Positions 37,617 to 47,367 of a stretch of DNA of 64,000 nt are shown here, piece by piece. The stretch is taken from contig CAZUNO010000003.1 in NCBI GenBank assembly GCA_964621445.1, positions 7,498-71,497 on the forward strand, given 5' to 3'. The notes below the pieces were generated by a model. The model had not been told where the DNA came from. It saw only the letters and a program-made list of their open reading frames with translations, and did not search any database. Positions within the stretch are counted from its first letter, which is position 1. Each line of letters begins with the position of its first letter. This DNA comes from Candidatus Hadarchaeota archaeon (GTDB lineage: Archaea > CAYQAE01 > CAYVLA01). The position numbers and the translations under genes were made by a program.

Positions 37617-38346
37617 ACCCGGTGACCAGGTAATTGATTGTAACACCTTTTTTGGGTCACGTCCAAGACAGGGCTTAACGGTCACCCATGAAAACCTCAT
37701 CGAGAAGCTTAGAGAAAGAGGTGTTGGGAGAACGGTCTCCATCTCTCTCCAGGGCGTCTACCACGATTTCGAAAAAGGCAACCTCGAAACCCTATCCGTG
37801 TCAAAATCGAGCCAAGAGTTCATCATTCCTGCCTGTACTATTGATCCAAGGCGGTTCTATGGTCAGAGGTGCAAACTCGGGCTGGAAAAATTCGCGGTCC
37901 TACGACTTTTCCCGGATCGGCAGGGATGGCCAGTTGACTATGCTCCATTCCACAAGATTCTAGATATTGCCTCCTCGGCCGGGATCCCGATAATGATACC
38001 GGCTGGCGGAAAGGGGAGACCAACCCAGATAGCAAAGGCGGCTGAGGATTATGCAATCCCTATCATATTTAGCTCCGTCAATTATTCCACGCTTTCCGAG
38101 ATACTGGTCCTGCTCGGCAAGCACTCAAACCTGTATATAACAAATGACATGTTAAACACGCCAGACGGGGTGGAGCTTTTCTGCGACCAGGTGGGACCCG
38201 AGAGACTCCTCTTCGGATCAAATTTTCCCTTCACCTATCTCCAAGGGCCCTTGATCACGATCAAAAAGGCCCAGATCCCAAGAACCAGCAAGATCAAGAT
38301 ACTGAAAGAGAATGCTGAAAGGATTCTGATTTGCGATGATATTTGA
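37594..38346 (+). CDS. Amidohydrolase-2 (TIM-barrel metal-dependent hydrolase) family protein, divergent
   Basis: The N-terminal VIDCNTFFG occupies the position of the IDxHxH metal motif, with Asn in place of the first His. It overlaps the upstream gene, so the start is uncertain. Confidence 0.45.
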   Translation: MTTTPNREPGDQVIDCNTFFGSRPRQGLTVTHENLIEKLRERGVGRTVSISLQGVYHDFEKGNLETLSVSKSSQEFIIPACTIDPRRFYGQRCKLGLEKFAVLRLFPDRQGWPVDYAPFHKILDIASSAGIPIMIPAGGKGRPTQIAKAAEDYAIPIIFSSVNYSTLSEILVLLGKHSNLYITNDMLNTPDGVELFCDQVGPERLLFGSNFPFTYLQGPLITIKKAQIPRTSKIKILKENAERILICDDI

Positions 38347-39073
38347 CGTGCATGCCCATTGCGGAACCTGGTTCTTCCCCACATTTTGTGAAACCCCCGA
38401 ACAAATGTCCGGTATTTGCGACAGGTTTGGAGTGGAGAAGGTGGTGGTCTCCTCCTCTCGAGCCCTAACCTACGACATGGTTACCGGCAACGCGGAGGCA
38501 CTTGACTTCGTAAAACAGGACCCGAGATTCTTTGCTTACCTGTACCTGAATCCTAACGACCTCCAGGGATCGAGGGCGCAAATAGACCGCTACCTGGAAA
38601 TGGACAAATTCGTGGGAATCAAACTACACCCCTCCTATACCGGCCTAAAGGCTGACTCCGAGGAAACCCTCGGACTTCTTGACTATCTTCCCCATGGTGC
38701 CATCCTCCTCATCCATACCTGGGGAGAGGACGGGGTTGGTAGGGTACATCATCTAGCCGAAAAATTTCCCAACTTCGATGTAATTATGGGGCACATGGGA
38801 GGTACCTCTCGATCAGGGTGGATGGCAGCAATAGACTCTGCATCAAGAATAGAAAACGTGTATCTGGAGATATGTGGTAGCCTCCTGCATTACGACCGGA
38901 TAAAGATAGCCGTGGGCTCAGCGGGGGCTGAAAAGGTTCTGTTCGGCTCCGATATGTCCCTCCTTAACCCCTCCTTTGCCCTGGGCCAGATCATTGGGTC
39001 CTCAATATCGGAGGGGGATAAGAAGATGATACTCCGGAACAACGCGGTCCGTCTTTTTGGATTCGAGGACTAG
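38336..39073 (+). CDS. Amidohydrolase-2 family metal-dependent hydrolase
   Basis: IFDVHAHCG N-terminal metal-binding motif, HMGG motif, 245 aa. Confidence 0.65.
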   Translation: MIFDVHAHCGTWFFPTFCETPEQMSGICDRFGVEKVVVSSSRALTYDMVTGNAEALDFVKQDPRFFAYLYLNPNDLQGSRAQIDRYLEMDKFVGIKLHPSYTGLKADSEETLGLLDYLPHGAILLIHTWGEDGVGRVHHLAEKFPNFDVIMGHMGGTSRSGWMAAIDSASRIENVYLEICGSLLHYDRIKIAVGSAGAEKVLFGSDMSLLNPSFALGQIIGSSISEGDKKMILRNNAVRLFGFED

Positions 39074-39129
39074 AATCCGCCTGATAAACGAGGAATCCTT
39101 TTTGAACCTAGATCCCTCTTTGAGAATGA

Positions 39130-39834
39130 ATGCTGCCAATCAGGGATAGAAATCCCGGGAAGACTTTCCCCTATGTAACCTATATGCTGATAGGGATAAA
39201 CGTGGTGGTCTTTCTCTTCGAGCTCCTTCTGGATGGCTTCGGGCAGCTCAATTCATTCATAAGGACCTTTGGCATGGTTCCCAAATTCGTCCTCTCGGGC
39301 GAAAGGCTCCATACCCTCCTGACCAGCATGTTCATGCATGGGGGATTCATGCACATATTCGGGAACATGCTATACCTGTTCATCTTCGGGAATAACATCG
39401 AAGATACACTGGGACACTTCAAATTCCTGGTCTTCTACACCTTCTGTGGGCTCTGCGCATCTTTTCTCCACATCCTGCTGACCACGAACCGCAACATCCC
39501 CACGCTCGGGGCCAGTGGGGCCATAGCGGGTGTGCTGGGCGCTTACCTACTACTTTTCCCCCAGGCCAAGGTTGACACACTAGTTTTCTTCTTCATCATC
39601 ACCTGGGTCACCATACCGGCATTCGCCCTCCTAATATTCTGGTTCGTTCTGCAATTATTGACCGGTATCTGGTCAATCGCCTCGGTCAGCTCCGGCGGGG
39701 TGGCCTATTTCGCCCACGTAGGTGGATTCATAGCCGGGGTCCTAATCGCAATTCCATTCAGAAACAAGGTAAGTAGGCCCAGGCAACGGCCTAGATTCCC
39801 CTCTTTTGAAACCGAGGACAGTTACTGGCGTTAG
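39130..39834 (+). CDS. Rhomboid family intramembrane serine protease
   Basis: GASGAIAGVLGAY (GxSG) and AHVGGFIAG (catalytic His), 6 TM. Confidence 0.8.
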   Translation: MLPIRDRNPGKTFPYVTYMLIGINVVVFLFELLLDGFGQLNSFIRTFGMVPKFVLSGERLHTLLTSMFMHGGFMHIFGNMLYLFIFGNNIEDTLGHFKFLVFYTFCGLCASFLHILLTTNRNIPTLGASGAIAGVLGAYLLLFPQAKVDTLVFFFIITWVTIPAFALLIFWFVLQLLTGIWSIASVSSGGVAYFAHVGGFIAGVLIAIPFRNKVSRPRQRPRFPSFETEDSYWR

Positions 39835-40736
39835 AGGTATTCCTTCCAGTAGGCGACGCTAGTATCCAGGTCCTCCAGTACCTTCTTCTCGCTGGCCTCA
39901 AAAGCGTGGATTATCTCCAATACCAGGTCAACCTGGCTGGCACCGGAATTGTCTATGGCCTCTATGATATCCTCTGCATCAATAATTCCCTTCTCATTGT
40001 ACTCCGGCGTAAACGGCCAATGCTGGTCCATTTGACCATCAGTCTGCTGGACATGCATTACCGGAGACATCGGTCCTATCTCCTCGATCCAGGTGTAGGT
40101 ATCGAGGTCCTTGCCGCTCTCGCTGTAGGTACATTGGTGACCGGTGTCCATGCAGAAGTAGATGGGAACGCCAGACGACTTATTGGCCCTCATGTATAGT
40201 TTCTTTGCATCGTCTATCCTGCAGGGAGGTTCCCTCGGAACGGGCATAGGTTCCCATAGCAGGAACTCCTGACCAAGGTCCGAGGCCAGCCTGGAGAGAT
40301 GCTGGAGCGAGTCAACGAGACAGGAGCGGAGGTAGCTTCTTCGATCCTCATCACGGTAGTCGTTATAGCTCATGGAGGCCACATGCCCCCCAGTGCCCGC
40401 CGCCTCCATCTCAGCGGTCATGTGGACCGCCTGCTCGTACCATTCAAGGGCGTCGCTCCTCATGCCAATGTCGGGGTGCATGAGAAGATTGAAGGAATAG
40501 GCGCCCAGCCCGGTAAATGTGCTGTGCACCTCAACTCCATAGCGCTCCCCGGCCTCAACTACCTCTCTACTCTTTCTCGCTCTCACCGACTTGCGAACCC
40601 TGGGGTCCACCAGGTCGAACGAGAACTGAGCCAGATCCAAGTCCAGCCTTGAGCCCACGATCTCCATCCATTCACTTGCCTCGGGCCATCTCTTGACGGC
40701 AAAACAGGTATTTATTCCTAGATTAAGCTTGGCCAT
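39831..40736 (-). CDS. Sugar phosphate isomerase/epimerase (xylose isomerase-like TIM barrel)
   Basis: 301 aa. Second member of this family in the window. Confidence 0.6.
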   Translation of the reverse strand: MAKLNLGINTCFAVKRWPEASEWMEIVGSRLDLDLAQFSFDLVDPRVRKSVRARKSREVVEAGERYGVEVHSTFTGLGAYSFNLLMHPDIGMRSDALEWYEQAVHMTAEMEAAGTGGHVASMSYNDYRDEDRRSYLRSCLVDSLQHLSRLASDLGQEFLLWEPMPVPREPPCRIDDAKKLYMRANKSSGVPIYFCMDTGHQCTYSESGKDLDTYTWIEEIGPMSPVMHVQQTDGQMDQHWPFTPEYNEKGIIDAEDIIEAIDNSGASQVDLVLEIIHAFEASEKKVLEDLDTSVAYWKEYL

Positions 40737-40856
40737 ATCCTACACCCATAGAATGGAAAATATCCCCGTCTAATATGAGTTTTCAAAGATATCTCAATAT
40801 ACCAAGCAAGGCACCGTATACACCAAAGTTAAGAGATGCTCGGAGCTATTTAACCC

Positions 40857-41975
40857 GTGAAATTATCCTCAGGGAGGTCATTTCTAGCCAAAGGGCCGAT
40901 AAGAATCGAAATCCAAGAGGGATTGATCTCCTCTCGCGGAATGACATTTGATCCCTCAGCAAGCCCCCTAATCGTTAAGGCCTGGGAAGCCTTCGATCTA
41001 GAGGTTCGTGAGGATTCCGTCATATCGGTGACCGGTAATGGAAATCTATCACCTGAAGTTAATCCATACCCCGAGCCATGGTCGGGCTTTCTAGAAAATT
41101 GGCCGTCGGATTTTCAGGGGAATACCTTAATGGTCTTCGGGAAATCAGATACCGGAAAATCAACGCTTTGTACCCTTTTACTAAATGGGATGATCAAACA
41201 CGGTCTTGCCCCGTGCATGATAGATGGGGATGTGGGACAATCCGATATCGGGCCTCCAACCACCGTGGGGCTGGGATTCACTGAATCACCCCTGATCCGG
41301 CTTCCCGAATGCCCAATGGTCGACGCCTTCTTCTTCGGTGACACCTCCCCTGCAACCTGCATTGAAAAGCTAATGGACGGCATATCAATCATCGTTAAGC
41401 GCTCCCGGGAGTATTCCCGGAACGTGATTATCGATACCTGCGGGCTGGTGACCGGTGAAATAGGACGTGGGTTAGCCCTTGGGATGGTGGAGAAGATATC
41501 TCCGGATGCAATCGTGTTGCTGGAAAACGACGGCGAGCTGGAATATATGACCGGAGGTAGTCCTTCAATCCAAAGGCTTCCCGCTCTACAAACCAGCAAG
41601 AACAGAACCGAAAGGCGAACCTTTAGGTTCAGCCAATTCATCTCCTCATTGGAGGACTCCCAAGAACGGGTGATGGATCTATCGAAAGTTACCGTGGAAG
41701 GCTTCCTGGCCGATTATTCTGAAACAGCCTCACCTGAATTCAAGCCTACCATGACCTCTAATTCCTTGAGTCTAAAGTCCCTCGCCGACCTGGAGAACGC
41801 ATTGCTTGGTATTCACAACAACCAGGTATTCGAGGGGATAGGTATCCTGGACTTCGTTGACTGCAACGGAAACAGGATAGAGGTAAAGACAAATTGTAAG
41901 AGCGATGTCGATCGCCTGGTGGTTGGCAATATAATTCTTGACGATCAAAGGGAGCACCGGATATGCAAGAACTGA
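40857..41975 (+). CDS. Clp1/Grc3-like polynucleotide 5'-kinase (P-loop NTPase)
   Basis: P-loop VFGKSDTGKSTL and Walker B IIDTCG. Clp1-like three-domain length. An alternative ATG start lies at 40941. Confidence 0.6.
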   Translation: MKLSSGRSFLAKGPIRIEIQEGLISSRGMTFDPSASPLIVKAWEAFDLEVREDSVISVTGNGNLSPEVNPYPEPWSGFLENWPSDFQGNTLMVFGKSDTGKSTLCTLLLNGMIKHGLAPCMIDGDVGQSDIGPPTTVGLGFTESPLIRLPECPMVDAFFFGDTSPATCIEKLMDGISIIVKRSREYSRNVIIDTCGLVTGEIGRGLALGMVEKISPDAIVLLENDGELEYMTGGSPSIQRLPALQTSKNRTERRTFRFSQFISSLEDSQERVMDLSKVTVEGFLADYSETASPEFKPTMTSNSLSLKSLADLENALLGIHNNQVFEGIGILDFVDCNGNRIEVKTNCKSDVDRLVVGNIILDDQREHRICKN

Positions 41976-42021
41976 ATCTAGGAAATCCTGGTTAGGTCAC
42001 CTCAGACAAATCTATAAGTAA

Positions 42022-43455
42022 ATGGACAGCTCGGATTACTATAGGGATATGATGAGCGATCAGAGACCCAATGTTATCCTGTTCACGACCGATCAACATC
42101 GGGGAGACCACATCGGGCTCTCAGGTCACCCTGTTGTCGAGACCCCGAATCTCGATAGTTTCGTTAATCAGGGCGCCTACTTCCCAAACGCCTACACCGA
42201 GATACCGTCAACTACCGGTGCGCGAAGATGTCTACTATCAGGCAAGGGAAGCTTTGACTGCGGTCTGGTTGGATATTCCTCGGTCGAGTGGTTTGAAACA
42301 AACACCTTGGCCAGGGTCCTGGCAGATAACGGCTATCACTGTATGAACGTCGGATTTCGCAACCTTCATCCCCGAAGGAAGCTCTACGGCTTTCATAACG
42401 TGATATGCCACGATCTCCGTCCCGGCGAGGACGATTACATGGAATGGCTGAAGAAAGAGGCGGGGTACCATGCAAACGAGAGGGATCATGGAATAGACTC
42501 AAATGGCTGGTTGGCCCGGCCCTGGCACCTTGAGGAAAGATATCATCCCACGGTATGGACCACCAACACCGCATTGGAAATGCTTGAGAAAAGGGATCCA
42601 ACCAAGCCTTTCTTCATCTGGATATCCCACCACAGACCTCACTCGCCATACGACCCGCCCAAGTTCTTCTGGGACATGTATATCGACCGTGAGCTCCCCG
42701 AAATACCCAGAGGCCAGTGGTCGGAAGAACACAACGTGGAAATGCCCCCTGACATGAGGGCATGGAGAGGGGAACTCTCACCGGAACAAAATCAACGCAT
42801 GAGAGCCGGATACATGGGCCTGATAACTCATATCGATTACGAACTGGGACGAATGATAGAGCGGCTAAGAAGAATAAATCTCAACAATAACACCCTTTTC
42901 CTTTTCACGGCCGACCATGGAGATATGATGGGCGACCACTACCTCCACAGAAAGACCTATGCCTACGAGGGGTCGGCCCGAATACCTTTCGTGGTTCGGT
43001 ACCCAGATGGCTTTGACCTGCCAACCGGAACCTACAGCCAGGTGGTGGGGCTTCAAGACGTGATGCCAACCATTATGGACGGACTGGATATCGATATCCC
43101 CGAAAATATAACTGGCAACAGCGTTCTCAAGGCCATACGAGGCGGGGAATGGAGGGAGTACCTGCACGGGGAGCACAGTCCCTGCTATTCGAACCACGAG
43201 GCCATGCACTTTCTCACCGACGGCAGGGAGAAATACATATACCTCCCGGCAACAGGCAGGGAAAGGTTCTTCGACCTGGAGGAGGACAAGCAGGAGATTT
43301 ACGATCTTTCCCAGGACCCTGATTACCAAGAGCGGCTGCAAATGTGGAGGAATCGGTTGGTGGACCGCCTGGCCAACAGGGGAGACGGATTCTCGGACGG
43401 AAAAAAGCTGCTCATAAAAAAGAGCTGGAGCCCGGTCGCAGAGGAAAATATCTAG
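42022..43455 (+). CDS. Sulfatase-like alkaline-phosphatase-superfamily hydrolase (non-canonical active site)
   Basis: Sulfatase N-terminal metal-binding motifs (LFTTDQHRGD; FTADHGDMMGDH). The canonical C/S-x-P-x-R formylglycine motif is not intact (EIPSTTGARR). Confidence 0.65.
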   Translation: MDSSDYYRDMMSDQRPNVILFTTDQHRGDHIGLSGHPVVETPNLDSFVNQGAYFPNAYTEIPSTTGARRCLLSGKGSFDCGLVGYSSVEWFETNTLARVLADNGYHCMNVGFRNLHPRRKLYGFHNVICHDLRPGEDDYMEWLKKEAGYHANERDHGIDSNGWLARPWHLEERYHPTVWTTNTALEMLEKRDPTKPFFIWISHHRPHSPYDPPKFFWDMYIDRELPEIPRGQWSEEHNVEMPPDMRAWRGELSPEQNQRMRAGYMGLITHIDYELGRMIERLRRINLNNNTLFLFTADHGDMMGDHYLHRKTYAYEGSARIPFVVRYPDGFDLPTGTYSQVVGLQDVMPTIMDGLDIDIPENITGNSVLKAIRGGEWREYLHGEHSPCYSNHEAMHFLTDGREKYIYLPATGRERFFDLEEDKQEIYDLSQDPDYQERLQMWRNRLVDRLANRGDGFSDGKKLLIKKSWSPVAEENI

Positions 43456-43461
43456 CCGGAA

Positions 43462-44229
43462 TCAGAAAATCCATCCACCGGTCCTTCCCAGCATCATCCA
43501 CACCGTGTTATTTGCAATGTGGGCCACCGAGGGGGCCACGAGGCTCCCTGTCCTCTCCAAGATATAAACCATGATTACCGCGAAAAGGAGTGCCGCGGCC
43601 AGGGCTGACGGCGGATTCGGGTAGTGGACGGCGCTGAAGAGCAGGGCCTGGAAAAGTGAACCCCATCTGGCCCCAACCAGGTTTCTGGCTGGCAGGTATA
43701 TAACGCCTCGGAACAGAAGCTCCTCAAGCAGTCCCACCAAAACGGATAGGGATATGATCCAGACCAGCGACCAGCCAAGGCCAAGATCCGGCAGGGTCAC
43801 GATCCTTTCCCCCGAAACATAGTCCAACACCCCGAAGGGCAGCCCTATCCCAGCACCAACTACAACTGCCCTGACAATTCCCCTGGAGGTGAGCCGAAGC
43901 ATCGAGAACGAGAAGAAATGCCTGGCCAGGGGGAGAAGCACCAGTAGTGCCAGGGCCTGCTCAAGGTGCAGGCTCACAATATCTCCTATGTTCAGGGAAA
44001 TCGCTGAGGAAGAGGCCAGCACCCTGACATACAGGGTGACGAAGAGCAGGCTGTGGGCCAGGCAGAGGTTAAAAAGTGGTTTGTTCTCCGTAAAAAAGAC
44101 GGGGGATACTAGCCAGGTCACCGAGATTATGAGGAACAACAAAGGCTGTTTCTGGGCAAGTATCAATCCCGCAGGTATTGAAAGCAGGGAAAGAATCATT
44201 ATGGCCTTTGCCTTCATTCCCGTGTCCAC
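43462..44229 (-). CDS. CPBP (CAAX) family intramembrane metalloprotease
   Basis: EELLFRG and FxxxH (LFSAVHYPN) motifs, multi-TM. Confidence 0.7.
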   Translation of the reverse strand: MDTGMKAKAIMILSLLSIPAGLILAQKQPLLFLIISVTWLVSPVFFTENKPLFNLCLAHSLLFVTLYVRVLASSSAISLNIGDIVSLHLEQALALLVLLPLARHFFSFSMLRLTSRGIVRAVVVGAGIGLPFGVLDYVSGERIVTLPDLGLGWSLVWIISLSVLVGLLEELLFRGVIYLPARNLVGARWGSLFQALLFSAVHYPNPPSALAAALLFAVIMVYILERTGSLVAPSVAHIANNTVWMMLGRTGGWIF

Positions 44230-44255
44230 TTCAACGCAGCCCGCCCTTACATGGC

Positions 44256-45380
44256 TCAGCTAGGAGCGTAATGGCCTAATCTATTGATTTCTTCCAGCAT
44301 GGCACAGTAGTTCTCGAACTTGGTACCCACCAGGAGGGAATGGCTGGACGCGCATATGAAGCCACCTCCGGGGGAGGCGTACTTGAGTGCATAACGAGTG
44401 AGTTCCCTGATCTCCTCAACGGTTCCACCGGCAAGTCTCTCACATGATACTCCGCCCCAGAAGGTTATCCTATCCCCGTAAAGGTCCTTGAGCTTCGCGA
44501 TCTCCATACCCGCAGTCGGTTGGATTGACTGGTAACCGTCATAGCCAGCACGGACGAAAAGATCCATTATGGGCCAGTTATTTCCACACGAGTGTTTCAG
44601 AATCCAGACCCCCTGCTCGTGTGCTGCATCGCATTGCTTTTTCATCGCCGGAAAGTAGAGATCCTCTATTATCTCGGGCCTGAGAAAGGTCCCCTTGTTG
44701 TATCCGTAGTCAGCGCCCGGGGCCAGAGCATCAACGCCCTCACGGGCCAGGATCCGGTCGATGTACATGGCCCTCTTAAGATTCACCTCAACCGCCTTCT
44801 TTACGACCCAGGGTTTGGTGAGGCAAAGCCTCAGACCTCTCCTCAGGCCGCCGGGAAGTGCATAGGAACCATCCGGGCTTCTGGCAAAGATGAAATGGGT
44901 GTCACCGAGCTCGTTTATCACATAGCGCACGAGTTCCAGGCTGCTCTCATCGATCTCTGGTTCCACGTACTCGAAGTCATCGACCGTATAATCACGATCC
45001 TCATCGGAGTCATTCACCTTTATGATATTCTGGCTGGCCTCCGCGACCTTGTACACGTCCCCATTCTCGTATTTCCACATGTTCTTGCCTATTCTCTTCG
45101 GCTTTTCGTATTCCTCATCCTTGGAGGGGACGAGTCGCACCGGAACCATTTCCAGACCCATCTTCTTGCTGAACTCCACGATGTCCTTCTTCTTGCTCTC
45201 AACGATTTTGTCCCTTTCCCCTTTCCATAGGCCCTTCCATTCCCTTACCTTGGCTCGCCAGTAGGTCTTATGGCCCAGCGCTGCCTCAATAGTCGGGAAA
45301 TCCGTGGCGAACTCGCCGCTTGGTACCTTATCGGGTTCCTCTCTCATAAGGGTGGTGTGGACTCTTTCCTTTGGAAGCAC
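44256..45380 (-). CDS. Uroporphyrinogen decarboxylase (URO-D) family protein, MtaA/CmuA-like methyltransferase candidate
   Basis: URO-D fold C-terminal motifs (GDRITFWGGV; PGGGFICASSHSL). About 60-aa acidic insertion relative to typical MtaA. Confidence 0.55.
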   Translation of the reverse strand: MLPKERVHTTLMREEPDKVPSGEFATDFPTIEAALGHKTYWRAKVREWKGLWKGERDKIVESKKKDIVEFSKKMGLEMVPVRLVPSKDEEYEKPKRIGKNMWKYENGDVYKVAEASQNIIKVNDSDEDRDYTVDDFEYVEPEIDESSLELVRYVINELGDTHFIFARSPDGSYALPGGLRRGLRLCLTKPWVVKKAVEVNLKRAMYIDRILAREGVDALAPGADYGYNKGTFLRPEIIEDLYFPAMKKQCDAAHEQGVWILKHSCGNNWPIMDLFVRAGYDGYQSIQPTAGMEIAKLKDLYGDRITFWGGVSCERLAGGTVEEIRELTRYALKYASPGGGFICASSHSLLVGTKFENYCAMLEEINRLGHYAPS

Positions 45381-45588
45381 AATTCGTTTGCTAAATCATC
45401 TAGAAGAAAAATGTGCTCTTGCTAACAATAATCCTTTAAGCTCCACAGAGTATTGGTGGCATGACCCTCCGGTATCCATTCATTCCTGACCTCCGAGCAT
45501 GGTCTGGATCCGTAAGCAATTGCCGCTAAGACGATGCCACGCCCCTACTCAGTAACCGTTTTATGGCCAGCCCAGTCTAGAAATCCCC

Positions 45589-46500
45589 ATGGCAGTAACA
45601 ATTCTTCATGGAAGGTCGCCGCGGGTAATAATAATTCTGGGTGTACTTCTAATGGCTGTTTATCTTTCCGGCTGTCTATCGGAGGGAGAAGAGGGCGAAA
45701 ACATAGGGGTCATTGTCACCCTACCACCTCAAAGGGAAATGGCAGAAGCTCTGGGAGGAGACAGGGTAGATATCACGGTCATGGTCCCCCCTGATAAAAG
45801 CCCCCACGCCTATGCACCTCTACCGGCTCAGATGACCGCGGTGGCCGAGGCCGAGGTCTACATGAAGATGGGGAGTGGTGTGGAATTCGAGAACAATTAC
45901 ATGGACGAAATCATGGACCAGAATAAGGATCTACTGGTGGTCGATTGCTCCCAGGATATCCAATTAATAGATATGGGGGAACACCTTCAACAATCGAGCC
46001 CGGCCAATGCTCACAAGGATACCCATATCTGGCTCTCCCCTGAAAACGCCGCCGTTATCGTGGAAAACATGTTCCAGGGACTTGTGGAGGTCGACCCGGA
46101 GGGGCGAGAATTATACGAGCAAAACCGAGACGATTACCTGGAACGTCTACAGGGCCTTGACTCCTATATAGAGGAGCAGCTTCAGGGCATGGAGGGCGAA
46201 AGCTTCCTGGTATATCACCCCGCATGGGGATATTTTGCCGATGCCTACGGCCTCCGGCAGATGGCCATAGAGGAAGAGGGCAAGAAACCCGGCCCGGCCG
46301 GGGTGGCGGCCATAATCGAACAGGCCAAGGAAATGAATATTGGTGCCGTCTTCGTCTCTCCCCAGTTCGATCGCTCCGATGCGGAGACCATCGCTGATGA
46401 GATAGACGGCGAGGTTATCGTTGTGGACCCCATGGCCCCGGATTACATCGAGAATCTTAAACACGTGTCCCGGATGCTGGCCCAGGGCCTCTCCGAGTAG
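45589..46500 (+). CDS. znuA: ABC metal (Zn/Mn) transporter substrate-binding lipoprotein (ZnuA/TroA family)
   Basis: Signal/lipobox-like LSGC, then a TroA-like fold. The operon continues with an ABC ATPase and a permease. Confidence 0.7.
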   Translation: MAVTILHGRSPRVIIILGVLLMAVYLSGCLSEGEEGENIGVIVTLPPQREMAEALGGDRVDITVMVPPDKSPHAYAPLPAQMTAVAEAEVYMKMGSGVEFENNYMDEIMDQNKDLLVVDCSQDIQLIDMGEHLQQSSPANAHKDTHIWLSPENAAVIVENMFQGLVEVDPEGRELYEQNRDDYLERLQGLDSYIEEQLQGMEGESFLVYHPAWGYFADAYGLRQMAIEEEGKKPGPAGVAAIIEQAKEMNIGAVFVSPQFDRSDAETIADEIDGEVIVVDPMAPDYIENLKHVSRMLAQGLSE

Positions 46501-46596
46501 CTCCATCTTTCCAGCAATCGGTAGGACATTAATAGACCCCTCGCCAAGATATTACAGTTCGCGAAAGATCATTAAAACTTGGATAGGAGGGGTGAA

Positions 46597-47367
46597 TTGA
46601 CCGAGGAAAACTCGCCTTCAACCGTGATCTCTCTGGACGGAGTATGGGTGAGATTTGACCAGACGACGGTTCTGGAAGGCATAGACCTTTCGGTTCCCAG
46701 AGGAGACTATCTGGCCATCCTGGGACCCAACGGCGGTGGCAAGACCACCCTACTGCGTACGATTCTGGGTCTCGTGAAGCCCGATAAAGGCAAGGTTAGG
46801 GTGCTTGGAAAACCGCCCTCAAGGTCCAGGGATAGAATAGGATACGTTCCACAGTACACCAGGTACGATAGGGACTTCCCGATCAGCGTTTGGGATGTTG
46901 CCCTCATGGGCCGCCTACCACATAACGCACACGTGTCCGGTTACTCCAATGTGGACGAGGAGAAGGTCATGGAGGCGCTGGAAGCGGTTGATATTCAGGA
47001 TCTCAGGGACAGACAGATAGATGAGCTCTCCGGCGGTCAAAGGCAACGGCTTTTCATCGCCAGGGCACTGGCCGTTGAACCGGAGATACTTCTACTTGAC
47101 GAGCCCACCTCAAGCATCGATACCAGGGTGCAGACAAGCGTCTTCGACCTGTTGGCAGATCTTAACCGGGAAATAACCATAATGCTGGTGACACATGATT
47201 TATCCGTGGTATCGACCAGAGTAAAAAGGGTCGCCTGTCTAAACAGGAAGCTCATTGTTCATGATGAAAAGCAAGTCTCCAAGGAGGAGCTTGAGGAGAC
47301 ATACCAATGTCCCGTGGACCTCATCGCTCACGGGCGTCCCCACCGGGTTTTCGAGGAACATACATGA
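46597..47367 (+). CDS. znuC: ABC transporter ATP-binding protein (ZnuC-like)
   Basis: Walker A GPNGGGKTT, signature LSGGQRQR and Walker B LLLDEP. A GGAGG RBS lies upstream of a TTG start. The ORF track begins at 46579. Confidence 0.8.
   Translation: MTEENSPSTVISLDGVWVRFDQTTVLEGIDLSVPRGDYLAILGPNGGGKTTLLRTILGLVKPDKGKVRVLGKPPSRSRDRIGYVPQYTRYDRDFPISVWDVALMGRLPHNAHVSGYSNVDEEKVMEALEAVDIQDLRDRQIDELSGGQRQRLFIARALAVEPEILLLDEPTSSIDTRVQTSVFDLLADLNREITIMLVTHDLSVVSTRVKRVACLNRKLIVHDEKQVSKEELEETYQCPVDLIAHGRPHRVFEEHT

Noticed and set aside
37594-39073. In-frame stop read-through (Sec/Pyl) joining adjacent ORFs here, and near the URO-D family gene
   Set aside because: Adjacent ORFs are in different frames with ATGA/short overlaps typical of translational coupling. 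No in-frame TAG/TGA bridging was seen.
42160-42260. Canonical sulfatase formylglycine site
   Set aside because: The C/S-x-P-x-R consensus is not intact (EIPSTTGARR), so the gene is not called a true sulfatase.
45304-45794. Small ORFs (61 and 86 aa) in the 208-bp region upstream of znuA
   Set aside because: Arg/Gly-rich, with no RBS or promoter spacing. They overlap the znuA start and are more likely regulatory leader DNA.
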